Positions 20,182 through 29,117 of a DNA stretch of 64,000 nt are shown here, piece by piece (the first letter of the stretch is position 1; the number at the start of each line of letters is the position of its first letter). Source of the stretch: an uncultured Acidimicrobiia bacterium (GTDB taxonomy: Bacteria; Actinomycetota; Acidimicrobiia; Spongiisociales; ZC4RG35). The notes under the pieces are model-generated. The model did not search any database. It saw only the letters and a program-made list of their open reading frames with translations, and was not told the DNA's origin. The translations under genes and the position numbers were made by a program. Location of the stretch: NCBI GenBank assembly GCA_963744905.1, contig CAVUUV010000010.1, positions 31,916 to 95,915 of the forward strand, written 5' to 3'.

Positions 20182-20448
20182 CCATCCGGGAACCAACCTC
20201 GCCGTTCTCACGTATGGAATAGGTGAGAAGCCACCTGTTGGTCGGGAACCGCCCGGGACGACGGGGCGTCTCAAAAGTGCAGAGCCTCTTTAGGGAGGCT
20301 TTACCCCCTGGAAGGCAGGTTGGGAAGACCAGACCGATCGGTCGGCAAGAAAACGGCCACGGCTGGACGGTTCCCGGTTTGAGATCTTCCGGGAATTACC
20401 AGAAGGCCCGGGGCGTTCGTACAAACGGTCCGGGAGAAAGGAGGGCCC

Positions 20449-20643
20449 GTGAGTGAAACCCTGAAAGGCAAGGCCATCAAGGGCATCACACGTGCGTCCC
20501 GCCGATACGGAGAGGGGCGGGTTTGTGCTGATCCGAGTTGCGACACCAAGTTGAGCATGTACAACAAGCGCGACTATTGTCACGTGCACGCACCGGTGAA
20601 ATTCCCTAGGGTGCGCGGTAGGATCGTTCCTGAGGGGACGTGA
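20449..20643 (+). CDS. Small basic putative Zn-binding protein
   Basis: AAGGAGG RBS before GTG; C-x4-C...C-x2-H pattern. Confidence 0.65.
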   Translation: MSETLKGKAIKGITRASRRYGEGRVCADPSCDTKLSMYNKRDYCHVHAPVKFPRVRGRIVPEGT

Positions 20644-20665
20644 CAACGGAAGAAACACCAGATTT

Positions 20666-20751
20666 GGGCGTCGCGGTTTCAGGTTCTCTCCCCCTCCCCC
20701 GACATCGCGACGCTCATTGAGGAGGCCCCGGTCCCCCCGGCCGGGGTCTCC
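20666..20751 (+). ncRNA. Two hairpins with C-rich loops (6C-like RNA or structured 3' UTR)
   Basis: GCGTCGCG/CGCGACGC stem around TTCTCTCCCCCTCCCCC; second stem GGAGGCCCCGGT/GCCGGGGTCTCC with a C6 run. Confidence 0.4.
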
Positions 20752-20818
20752 GTTATGGCCGGGTCCACCAATCCGGGTGCTCCCCGACAGTCCCATCCTC
20801 TTCTGACAAAATCCCCTT

Positions 20819-20847
20819 TACCCCTCCCCCTGTGGGGTAGGTATACT
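20819..20847 (+). promoter_or_regulatory. CsoR-type operator overlapping the promoter
   Basis: TACCCC-N9-GGGGTA then -10 TATACT 7 nt before the csoR GTG (probably leaderless). Confidence 0.6.
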
Positions 20848-20854
20848 GGGGGAC

Positions 20855-21157
20855 GTGAAGCCTGAGCACAAGAGATCAGCCGTCAACCGACTCAAGACGG
20901 TGCGGGGCCACCTCGACGCCGTGCTGGGGATGGTCGAACAGGAGCGCTACTGCCCCGACATCATGAAACAGGTGTCGGCCGTTCAGTCCTCGCTGGAGCG
21001 GGTCAACCGCATCCTGTTGCAAAACCACCTCGAGACCTGTGTCACCGAGGCGGTAGCCGAAGGACGCACCGCCCAGATCGTCGACGAGTTGATGGAGACC
21101 ATGAAATACACCGCTTCCGTGACCGGGCCCTCCCCGGCACCCCTGGAGGACACATGA
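20855..21157 (+). CDS. csoR: Copper-sensing repressor CsoR
   Basis: RLKTVRGHL...YCPDI..Q...NHLETC motif. Confidence 0.9.
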   Translation: MKPEHKRSAVNRLKTVRGHLDAVLGMVEQERYCPDIMKQVSAVQSSLERVNRILLQNHLETCVTEAVAEGRTAQIVDELMETMKYTASVTGPSPAPLEDT

Positions 21158-21372
21158 GCACCACCACAATCCTGAGAGTCCCCGAGATTTCCTGCGATCA
21201 CTGCAAGCACAGCATCGAAGGCGCCGTCGGCGCCTTGACCGGCGTGGAGTCGGTCAACGTGGAGATCGAGCCCAAGACCGTGCATTTGACCTACGACGAG
21301 TCCGCCCTGGGGCTCGAGACGGTCAAGGCGGCCATCGAGGCGGTCGGATACGAGGTGCCCGATCAGTCCTGA
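21154..21372 (+). CDS. copZ: Copper chaperone CopZ
   Basis: HMA motif ISCDHC, ends AVGYEV. Confidence 0.85.
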   Translation: MSTTTILRVPEISCDHCKHSIEGAVGALTGVESVNVEIEPKTVHLTYDESALGLETVKAAIEAVGYEVPDQS

Positions 21373-23545
21373 GACCACCACCGAGGCTCCCGGGCCCGAC
21401 ACGACCCTCACCTTCGATGTGGAGGGAATGACCTGCGCCTCGTGCGCAAGCCGGATCGAACGGGTCCTCGACCGCCAGGAGGGAGTCGAGGCTGCGGCCG
21501 TCAACCTGGCCGGGCGCTCCGCCACCGTCCGGGTCGGAGAGGTGGTCGATCCCGACGCCCTGGCCGACGCTGTCCGCAAGATCGGTTACGAGCTGACCGT
21601 CCGGACCGAGGACCAGGAGCGGCGCAACCTGACCGACTCCTACCAGGTGGAGGCCCGTACCCAGTGGAAGCGTTTCGGGGGGGCGGCCGCCCTGACCCTT
21701 CCTCTGATGGGCCTGGCGATGCTCGGACCCGACGTGCTGTGGGCTCATCTCGTGGAATGGGCCCTGGCCACGCCGATCGTCTTCTGGGCCGGAGCTCAAT
21801 TCCACACCAAGGCCTGGAAACAGCTCCTGGCCCGCACCGCCACCATGGACACCCTCATCTCGATGGGCTCGCTGGTGGCCTACTTCTACTCGATCTGGGC
21901 CATCGCCACCGGTGTACCGGTCTTCTTCGAGACGTCGGGGATGATCATCACCCTCATCACCCTGGGACGGGCTCTCGAGGCGCGATCCAAGGGACGGGCC
22001 TCGCTGGCCATCCAGAAACTGGCCGAACTGGGCGCCCGACGCGCCACCCTCCTCACCGATACCGGTGAACGCGAGGTAGACGTCGAGTCGCTGGTGCCGG
22101 GAGACATCCTTCTGATCCGCCCGGGCGAGAAGATCCCCACCGACGGCGTCATCACCGAGGGGCGAAGCTCAGTGGATGAGTCGATGCTGACGGGGGAATC
22201 GGTGCCCGTCGACCGTGCGGAAGGCGACGAGGTGATCGGAGGAACGGTCAACCAACAGGGTCGCCTCGTCATGCGCGCCACCCGGGTTGGCGCCGACACC
22301 GCCCTGGCCCAGATCGTACGACTTGTCGAGGACGCCCAGGCCACCAAGGCGCCCGTACAGAGGCTGGCCGACCGTATTTCGGCGGTATTCGTGCCCACCG
22401 TCATGGGCATCGCCGTGGTGACGACGCTGATCTGGCTGGCGTTGGGCAGTTCCCCTTCCGAGGCGGTGCGTGCCGCGGTGGCCGTGCTCATCATTGCCTG
22501 CCCTTGCGCCCTGGGGCTGGCCACTCCCACCGCCATCATGGTGGGCAGTGGTCGCGGCGCAGAGCTCGGGATCCTGTTCAAGGACGCCGGCGTATTCGAG
22601 CGGGCCCATCAGGTCGACATGGTCCTCTTCGACAAGACCGGAACCCTCACCACCGGGGTCATGGAGCTGACCGATGTGGAGACCGATCTCGATCGCCACC
22701 GCTTTCTGTACCTGGTGGGGTCGGTCGAGGCGATGTCGGGCCATCCGATCGGTCGGGCCGTGGCAGACGGGGCCGAGGACGAAGGAGTCGCCCTGACCCG
22801 ATCCGTCCAGGTGGAGTCGATGGCCGGGATGGGGGTCGTCGGAAATGTCGATGGCGTCGAGGTCGTGGTGGGCAAGGCCAAGCTGGCCGCCGATCGCGGC
22901 CTCGGTGTCTCCGATCGCTGGGCAGATCGCCTGGCCGCCCTGGAGGCACTCGGCAAGACCGCCTTCGTGGCCGGATGGGAGGGCGAAGCGAAAGGAGTGG
23001 TGGCCGTGGCCGACACGGTTCGCCCGGAGGCTGCCGCCACGATCCGCCGCCTGACCGAGCGAGGTGTCCGGACGGGGATGATCACCGGCGACAACCATCG
23101 GACGGCAGGGGCTATCGCCGACCAGCTCGGCCTGAGCTCGGTCCTGGCCGAGGTGCTACCCGGGGACAAATCGGACGAGGTGCGGCGTATCCAAAGCCAG
23201 GGCGCCACGGTCGCTTTCGTTGGCGACGGCGTCAACGACGCCCCCGCCCTGACCGCTGCCGACCTGGGCATAGCCGTCGGCTCGGGTTCGGATGTGGCCG
23301 TAGAGGCAGGCGGTGTGGTCCTCATGTCGTCCGACTCCCGGCTGGTACCGGTGGCCCTCGATCTGGCCCGTCACACCTTCAAGACGATACGCCAGAACCT
23401 GTTCTGGGCCTTCGGCTACAACGTGGCCGCAATCCCCCTGGCCGCCACCGGCATCCTCAACCCGATGATCGCTGCCGCCGCCATGGCCTTCTCCTCGGTC
23501 TCGGTCGTCACCAACAGCCTGCGACTGCGTCGGTTCGGTTCCTGA
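21362..23545 (+). CDS. copA: Cu(I)-translocating P1B ATPase (start uncertain)
   Basis: GMTCASC, TGES, CPC, DKTGT, GDGVND, YN and MAFSS motifs; first canonical start (GTG 21419) lies inside the HMA domain. Confidence 0.9.
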   Translation: MSPETTTEAPGPDTTLTFDVEGMTCASCASRIERVLDRQEGVEAAAVNLAGRSATVRVGEVVDPDALADAVRKIGYELTVRTEDQERRNLTDSYQVEARTQWKRFGGAAALTLPLMGLAMLGPDVLWAHLVEWALATPIVFWAGAQFHTKAWKQLLARTATMDTLISMGSLVAYFYSIWAIATGVPVFFETSGMIITLITLGRALEARSKGRASLAIQKLAELGARRATLLTDTGEREVDVESLVPGDILLIRPGEKIPTDGVITEGRSSVDESMLTGESVPVDRAEGDEVIGGTVNQQGRLVMRATRVGADTALAQIVRLVEDAQATKAPVQRLADRISAVFVPTVMGIAVVTTLIWLALGSSPSEAVRAAVAVLIIACPCALGLATPTAIMVGSGRGAELGILFKDAGVFERAHQVDMVLFDKTGTLTTGVMELTDVETDLDRHRFLYLVGSVEAMSGHPIGRAVADGAEDEGVALTRSVQVESMAGMGVVGNVDGVEVVVGKAKLAADRGLGVSDRWADRLAALEALGKTAFVAGWEGEAKGVVAVADTVRPEAAATIRRLTERGVRTGMITGDNHRTAGAIADQLGLSSVLAEVLPGDKSDEVRRIQSQGATVAFVGDGVNDAPALTAADLGIAVGSGSDVAVEAGGVVLMSSDSRLVPVALDLARHTFKTIRQNLFWAFGYNVAAIPLAATGILNPMIAAAAMAFSSVSVVTNSLRLRRFGS

Positions 23546-23557
23546 TCTCGCCCGGGC

Positions 23558-24109
23558 TCAAACGACCAGCGGCAGCCAGCGGGCCACGGCGCGGTGCAAC
23601 TCCTCGGGGGTGCCCGAATTGTCGATCACCACGGTTGCCAGGGCGAGCCACTCGGATCGGGTGGGCTGGTTGGCCATGCGTGCATCGATAGCCTCGTCGG
23701 CCCAGCCCCGCTCACGCAGCCTCTCCCTCCTCACCTCATCGGGGGCATCGACGACCAGGGTGGGCAGGTCGCCGGCCAAAGGGATCGGCACCGATAGCTC
23801 CAGAACCCCGCGGGTGGTGGCGACCATACGATGACGGAGCTCGTCCGATATGAGCGGGTGGGTGATGGCCTCCAGCTCCTTGAGCTGGGGCGAGTCGGCA
23901 AAGACGATCGAGCCGAGGATGCGCCGATCTATGTGACCGTCAACGATCGCCTCTGGCCAGCGGGCTGCGACCGCCGCCCGGGCAGGGCCCGCCAGGACGT
24001 CGTGGCCCACCAGGTCCGCGTCGATGGTCGCCAGGCCCGAAGCGGCCGCCAGCCGGGTCACGGTGCTCTTTCCCGAACCGATCCCTCCGGTCACTACCCA
24101 CCAGCTCAT
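23558..24109 (-). CDS. coaE: Dephospho-CoA kinase
   Basis: VTGGIGSGKST, IDAD, LEAITHP, IDNSG motifs. Confidence 0.9.
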   Translation of the reverse strand: MSWWVVTGGIGSGKSTVTRLAAASGLATIDADLVGHDVLAGPARAAVAARWPEAIVDGHIDRRILGSIVFADSPQLKELEAITHPLISDELRHRMVATTRGVLELSVPIPLAGDLPTLVVDAPDEVRRERLRERGWADEAIDARMANQPTRSEWLALATVVIDNSGTPEELHRAVARWLPLVV

Positions 24110-24213
24110 GGGAGGCAACTCTAGAGCTGACGCTCCCCGGGCGCAGAAGCCAGGGTGCCTCCATGCGTCGCTCAAATCGAGTCGGGTTGCACGGCCACCA
24201 CTAAGGTCCCCGC

Positions 24214-25050
24214 ATGCTGTTCGCTCTCCAGGATGAGACCCAGGCCCTGGAGACTCTGGGACGCCTCACCCTCCAGGACTGGCTGATTGCCGGAGGCCTG
24301 GTCATCGCCTCGGTGATCCTCGCCCGGGTGCTGGCCAGGCTCTTGCGGAAGGTGCTCGGCGCCACCCCCGTTTCCGAGAATGGGGCCCACCTCATCGGGC
24401 GCTTCGTCGCCTATGTGATCGTGATCGTGGGCGTGGTCTATGCCCTGAACACGGTCAATGTTCCCATCGGCCCCCTGCTGGGTGCCCTGGGAGTGGCGGG
24501 CCTCGCCCTGGCGTTCGCTCTCCAGGATCTGGCCGAGAACCTGATCGCCGGGGTCACCATGCAGATCCGCCAGCCCATCAAGCGGGGCGACGAGATCAAG
24601 ACCAACGACTACGAGGGAACCGTGCTCGACATCACCCTGCGGACGGTGATCATCGACACGTTCGACGGAGAACGGGTTCACCTCCCCAACGCCATGGTGT
24701 GGAAGAACCCGATACTCGACGCCACTCAGCGCAACACTCGTCGCACCACTCTCATGGTCGGAGTGGCCTACGACACCGACCTGGACCGAGCCAAAGAGGT
24801 CCTGGAGGAGTCGGTCAAGGCAACCGATGGGGTTCTGGAGCACCCGGCTCCGCTCGCCCTCGTCACCGAGTTCGGCGACTCGTCGATCAACTTCGCCGTC
24901 CGCTACTGGCATCGACCCCGCATGGCCAATCTGTGGCGGGTTCGTGACGAGGTGGCACGGCAGATCAAGCGCAGCCTCGACCAGGCGGGAATCGAGATTC
25001 CCTTCCCGCAACGGGTGGTGCATCTACCCCCGAATGAGGAGGAGACCTGA
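24214..25050 (+). CDS. mscS: Small-conductance mechanosensitive channel
   Basis: GLALAFALQD, VGVAYDTDL, IEIPFPQR motifs. Confidence 0.88.
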   Translation: MLFALQDETQALETLGRLTLQDWLIAGGLVIASVILARVLARLLRKVLGATPVSENGAHLIGRFVAYVIVIVGVVYALNTVNVPIGPLLGALGVAGLALAFALQDLAENLIAGVTMQIRQPIKRGDEIKTNDYEGTVLDITLRTVIIDTFDGERVHLPNAMVWKNPILDATQRNTRRTTLMVGVAYDTDLDRAKEVLEESVKATDGVLEHPAPLALVTEFGDSSINFAVRYWHRPRMANLWRVRDEVARQIKRSLDQAGIEIPFPQRVVHLPPNEEET

Positions 25051-25090
25051 CCCATTGGATAGGCCAACACCGGGTGTAGGTTGTTAGGAA

Positions 25091-25918
25091 ATGGCGACAC
25101 TGGAATGGCTGAAGCGACCCATATTGCGTGAGCCCATCGCCCTTCTCGCCTTCACTGGCTGGGGAGATGCCGGGGAGTCGTCGACCGATGCCGCTCGCTT
25201 TCTGGTCGCCTCGCATGACGCAGAGACGATCGGGCGATTCGACAGCGACTCGTTCTTCGACTTCCAGGTCAACCGGCCCGTGGTGTCTCTCGACGAGTCC
25301 GGGGTTCGCTCTATCACCTGGCCCACGACCGAGATCCTGGTGGTCCGTCTCGACGAGCGGGACGTCGTCGTGGTCCTGGGCGAGGAACCCAATTACAACT
25401 GGAAGCGATTCGTGGCCGAACTGGGCGACGCCCTGGTCGAGTTGGGGGTGAAGACGGCAGTAACGCTGGGAGCATTCGCCGGGCAGGTGGCCCACACGGT
25501 GCCGGTGCCGGTTGTGGGCTCGGCTTCCTCGTCGGGAACCATCACCGCCCACGGCCTCCTTCCCAGCCGTTATGTCGGGCCGACCGGAATAGTGGGGGTA
25601 CTCAACAGCACCCTGGCCACCCGCCAGATCCAGGTCATCAGCCTGTGGGCGGCGGTCCCCCACTATCTGTCCAACCAGGCCTACCCGCCCGGTGTGGAAG
25701 CCCTGCTGAGAAAGGCCGGCGAGATCGTCGGCTTCGATCTCGAGATGGATGATCTGACAGAGCGCTCCGAGGAGTTCCGCTCGAACGTCGATGCCGCCGT
25801 GCACGAATCCGATGAGCTGGCCGATTACGTGCGCCAGCTGGAGACCGAGGGCATGGAGGACGAAGAAGACGGAGACGAGCTGGTCGAAGAGATCGAAAGA
25901 TACCTGCGCGACACCTGA
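25091..25918 (+). CDS. PAC2 family proteasome assembly chaperone-like protein
   Basis: AFTGWGDAG, DFQVNRP, GEEPNYNW, LWAAVPHY motifs. Confidence 0.85.
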   Translation: MATLEWLKRPILREPIALLAFTGWGDAGESSTDAARFLVASHDAETIGRFDSDSFFDFQVNRPVVSLDESGVRSITWPTTEILVVRLDERDVVVVLGEEPNYNWKRFVAELGDALVELGVKTAVTLGAFAGQVAHTVPVPVVGSASSSGTITAHGLLPSRYVGPTGIVGVLNSTLATRQIQVISLWAAVPHYLSNQAYPPGVEALLRKAGEIVGFDLEMDDLTERSEEFRSNVDAAVHESDELADYVRQLETEGMEDEEDGDELVEEIERYLRDT

Positions 25919-25921
25919 ACC

Positions 25922-26653
25922 TCAGCTACCGGATCTACCCTCCCCGGCCGCGAAGCGAGCCGCTCCCCGTCTCGCCACTTCCAGCACCTGACGTCCTCGC
26001 TCGGCTTCGCCCTTCAATCCGGCGGCGAGGTCCAGACCCATCCCCTCGTAGAGCGCCCTGCGGTCAGAGAGCATCGTCTCCTGGGGTGATGCGGCGATCA
26101 GATGGGCCAGCTCCAGGGCCGACTCCACAGCCTGGCCGTCGGGGACGAGACGGTTCACCAGCCCGATCTCTTGGGCTTCTCGCCCCGTCACCGGGCGACC
26201 GGTCAGGATCATGTCGAGGGCCCTTCCCTGGCCGATGATCCGGGCCAGACGCTGCGTTCCCCCGTCGACGAGGGGCACCCCGAAGCGACGCTCGAAGCAA
26301 CCGAAGACCGCCCCCTCGCCCGCCACCCGCAGGTCGGCCCATAGCGCCAGCTCCAGCCCACCGGCCACCGCATATCCTTCGATGGCGGCAATCACCGGCT
26401 TGTCGAGGGTGGTCCGGGTGGGCCCCAGCCAGCCGTCTTCGTCCTCCACCAGGTCGAACGAGACCAGGTCGGCTCCGGCGCAGAAGCTGCCGCCGGCACC
26501 GGTCAGGATCGCCACTCGCTCCTCGCCCTGTTCGAACTCGGAGAATGCGACCCGAAGGGCATCCGCCGTCGCCTGGTCGATCGCATTGCGACGGGACGGT
26601 CTATCGATCGTCACCACCACAACCGTTCCGTCGGTGCGACTGCGCACGGTCAT
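25922..26653 (-). CDS. Enoyl-CoA hydratase/crotonase family protein
   Basis: FCAGADL, KPVIAAIEGYAVAGGLELAL motifs. Confidence 0.9.
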   Translation of the reverse strand: MTVRSRTDGTVVVVTIDRPSRRNAIDQATADALRVAFSEFEQGEERVAILTGAGGSFCAGADLVSFDLVEDEDGWLGPTRTTLDKPVIAAIEGYAVAGGLELALWADLRVAGEGAVFGCFERRFGVPLVDGGTQRLARIIGQGRALDMILTGRPVTGREAQEIGLVNRLVPDGQAVESALELAHLIAASPQETMLSDRRALYEGMGLDLAAGLKGEAERGRQVLEVARRGAARFAAGEGRSGS

Positions 26654-26703
26654 CGAGCGATCCTACAACTGAGAAGGCCGACCCGAGGGGGCCGGCCTGG
26701 TGA

Positions 26704-26793
26704 TCATTTGCGCTTGTGCCGATTGGCCTTGATGCGCTTGCGGTACTTGTGCTTGGACATCTTCTTACGACGTTTCTTGACCAAAGAACCCAT
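26704..26793 (-). CDS. bS22-like (AURKAIP1/COX24 domain) small ribosomal protein, 29 aa
   Basis: Manual translation MGSLVKKRRKKMSKHKYRKRIKANRHKRK*. Confidence 0.85.
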   Translation of the reverse strand: MGSLVKKRRKKMSKHKYRKRIKANRHKRK

Positions 26794-26853
26794 AGAACAC
26801 TCCAGAGATCGGGGAACCTGTACTCCTTAGCTTCGTGGGCCTGACGGACAAGG

Positions 26854-27726
26854 TCAAGCCGACAGGACCAGGCCCTCGGTGGCAACCTCCGGGGTGAAGA
26901 CCCTGATCCCGGGCACGGTCAGGGCGTCCGTCACGCGGCTCTCCTCACCCGATTCGACGATTGCGATCACCGAAGGCCCAGAGCCCGACCAGGCGGCATG
27001 GAGTGCCCCCGCACTCCGAGCCCGCTGCACCAACCGGGCCGTCTCGGGATGGACCTGTGAGCGAGGGCCTTCGTGAATCTCGTCCCCGTGGGCGGCGGCC
27101 AGTAGCTGTGCATCGCCCGTGATCAGGCCCGCCACCAGCGCCGCGATCCGGGATCCGGTGCGAATGGCGACATCGCGCTTCACAGAGCCGGGAACGGCGC
27201 GGCGGGCCTCGGCGGTGAAGAACACCTCGGCCGGAACGGCGACGACGGGTTGCAGACCGGGATGGATGGGAAGCCGACGGGGCCGCCCCTCCGCCGGGAC
27301 GAGGACCAGACCCCCATAGACGGCGGCAGCGGCATTGTCCGGGTGACCCTCCATCGAGGCGGTCAACTCGAACACGTGGTCGGGGTCGGCTCCCTCCCCC
27401 ATCGCCAGAAGGGCGGCGGCGGAGCCGGCGGCGATGGCGGCAGCCGATGATCCCAGGCCCCTCCCGATGGGTATCTCGTTGTCGACTTTCATCGCCACCG
27501 GGTGGTCCTCCCCGAGCGCCCTCCTGGCGGCAGCCAGCACGGCGTCATCGGAGTCTGAATCTGGTTGCTGGCCTTCACCGTGGTCGATCGACCATTCGTC
27601 GGCGGGCTCGGCCATCACCCGGCAGCGCAGGCCGAGGGCGAGGGCGATGACGTCGAAGCCGGGACCGAGGTTGGCCGAGGACGCTGGAGCCGACGCCTCA
27701 GCCACAACGGCCTCGATCGCCGCCAT
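26854..27726 (-). CDS. thrB: Homoserine kinase
   Basis: PASSANLGPGFD, IPIGRGLGSS, EGHPDN, SGSGP motifs. Confidence 0.92.
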   Translation of the reverse strand: MAAIEAVVAEASAPASSANLGPGFDVIALALGLRCRVMAEPADEWSIDHGEGQQPDSDSDDAVLAAARRALGEDHPVAMKVDNEIPIGRGLGSSAAAIAAGSAAALLAMGEGADPDHVFELTASMEGHPDNAAAAVYGGLVLVPAEGRPRRLPIHPGLQPVVAVPAEVFFTAEARRAVPGSVKRDVAIRTGSRIAALVAGLITGDAQLLAAAHGDEIHEGPRSQVHPETARLVQRARSAGALHAAWSGSGPSVIAIVESGEESRVTDALTVPGIRVFTPEVATEGLVLSA

Positions 27727-27764
27727 AACACCTACATCGGAAAGAGCCCATGTCGGGCGCCAGA

Positions 27765-28571
27765 CTATCCGGGGAGCAGGCTGCGACCCAATGAGGATCG
27801 GGCTCCGTGCACCCGGCCCAGGGCATAGAGGCCGGCGCCCATACCTGCCACCGCCGCTCCCGAGGCGAGAGCGGTGGCGGTGATTTTGACCTTGCGAGCG
27901 AAGTGAACCACCGGCCAGTTGGAAATACGGGCCATGCGCCGCAGAGCGGCGTCGGGGTTGACCGCCACCGGGTGCCCCACCATTTCCAGCAATGGGAGAT
28001 CGCTCTCGGAATCCGAATAGGCGTAACACAGACGCAGGTCATAGCCCTTTTCCTGGGCCAGCTTGCGGACTCGCTCGGCCTTTCCCTCCCCGTAGCAGAA
28101 CTCGGAGAGGAGCCTCCCCGTGTAGGCACCGTCCACTACCTCGGCCTCGGTGGCGATGGCCCCGGTCATACCCAGGGCACCGGCCAGGGGCCCGACGATC
28201 TCGATGGGAGAAGCCGAGACGATGTAGGTGTCGCGCCCTGCCTCGTGGTGACGCTCGACGACAGCGCGTGTCTCCGGGCGGACGCTCTTGAGGAGACGGG
28301 GGAGGATGTCGTCGTTGAGGGAGGTGACGTCTTCACGCCGTCTTCCCTGAACCGCCTCCAGGATGCGATCCCGCACCATGTCCGACTGGTCGTCGCTGCC
28401 CCCGGTGAGACGGAAGTTGATGGCGGTGGTGGCATCACCGAGGATGTCAGAGGTAGGGATCAGCTTGCGGCGCCAGGCCACCAGCCCGAACACGAAGGTG
28501 GAGGCCCCAGCGATGAGGGTCCGGTCGAGGTCGAAGAATGCCGCGGCCTCTCTGGCGTCGTCGTAAGTCAC
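27765..28571 (-). CDS. HAD-IB family hydrolase
   Basis: FFDLDRT, VSAS, GEGKA, AYSDSESD motifs. Confidence 0.88.
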   Translation of the reverse strand: MTYDDAREAAAFFDLDRTLIAGASTFVFGLVAWRRKLIPTSDILGDATTAINFRLTGGSDDQSDMVRDRILEAVQGRRREDVTSLNDDILPRLLKSVRPETRAVVERHHEAGRDTYIVSASPIEIVGPLAGALGMTGAIATEAEVVDGAYTGRLLSEFCYGEGKAERVRKLAQEKGYDLRLCYAYSDSESDLPLLEMVGHPVAVNPDAALRRMARISNWPVVHFARKVKITATALASGAAVAGMGAGLYALGRVHGARSSLGRSLLPG

Positions 28572-28593
28572 CCCCAGAATGGTAAGCCCCCCG

Positions 28594-28670
28594 TTCTTTG
28601 GACGGCCACCGTCGCTATGCGTTCGTGACGGTCTAGAGAACGGTGGAGGCGTTCCTCATGGTCCAGAGAA
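28594..28670. repeat. 77-bp dispersed element (copy 1)
   Basis: Ends TTCTTTGGAC...GTCCAGAGAA; same length as and similar to 49529-49605. Confidence 0.75.
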
Positions 28671-28697
28671 GATCCGCCCCGGGCTACCGTCAGCACG

Positions 28698-28916
28698 ATG
28701 ATCGACATCCTCGGGCTCGACACGATCTTCGCCGAGATGGTGCTCGGGCTCGGCCTTGCCCTGATCATCGGCAACGGCCTCGCCTGGTGGAAACACCGCC
28801 GGGGGGAGAGACCGAAGGGGGTGGAGGGCGACTTCCGCCCGGGGAGGGTCTGGTTTCTCATGACCGTCGGTGTGCTCATGACGATCTGGGGGACGGCTTC
28901 GGTCCTGGCGGGCTGA
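28698..28916 (+). CDS. Small two-TM membrane protein
   Basis: Two hydrophobic helices; GC3-rich codons. Confidence 0.65.
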   Translation: MIDILGLDTIFAEMVLGLGLALIIGNGLAWWKHRRGERPKGVEGDFRPGRVWFLMTVGVLMTIWGTASVLAG

Positions 28917-28949
28917 GCGGGCCAGACCGGGGCTGGAAAAGGCCTGCCT

Positions 28950-29117
28950 CTAGGAGCCCGTTGAACAATGCATGTCACCCATCTTGACGACCATGCATCA
29001 CCACCCACTGCGTTCTCGGCCCCGCCATTCCGGCACAAGGAGTGGCGAAACCTCGGCCTTGCGGCTGGCGCGCCTGGCCGCCAATCCGAGCAACGGCATT
29101 ATCCAACAGGCTCCTAG
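28950..29117. mobile_element. MITE family 1, copy 1
   Basis: CTAG-flanked 160-bp core; 18-bp imperfect TIR GAGCCYGTTGRAYAATGC; near-identical copies at 54168 and 58505. Confidence 0.85.
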
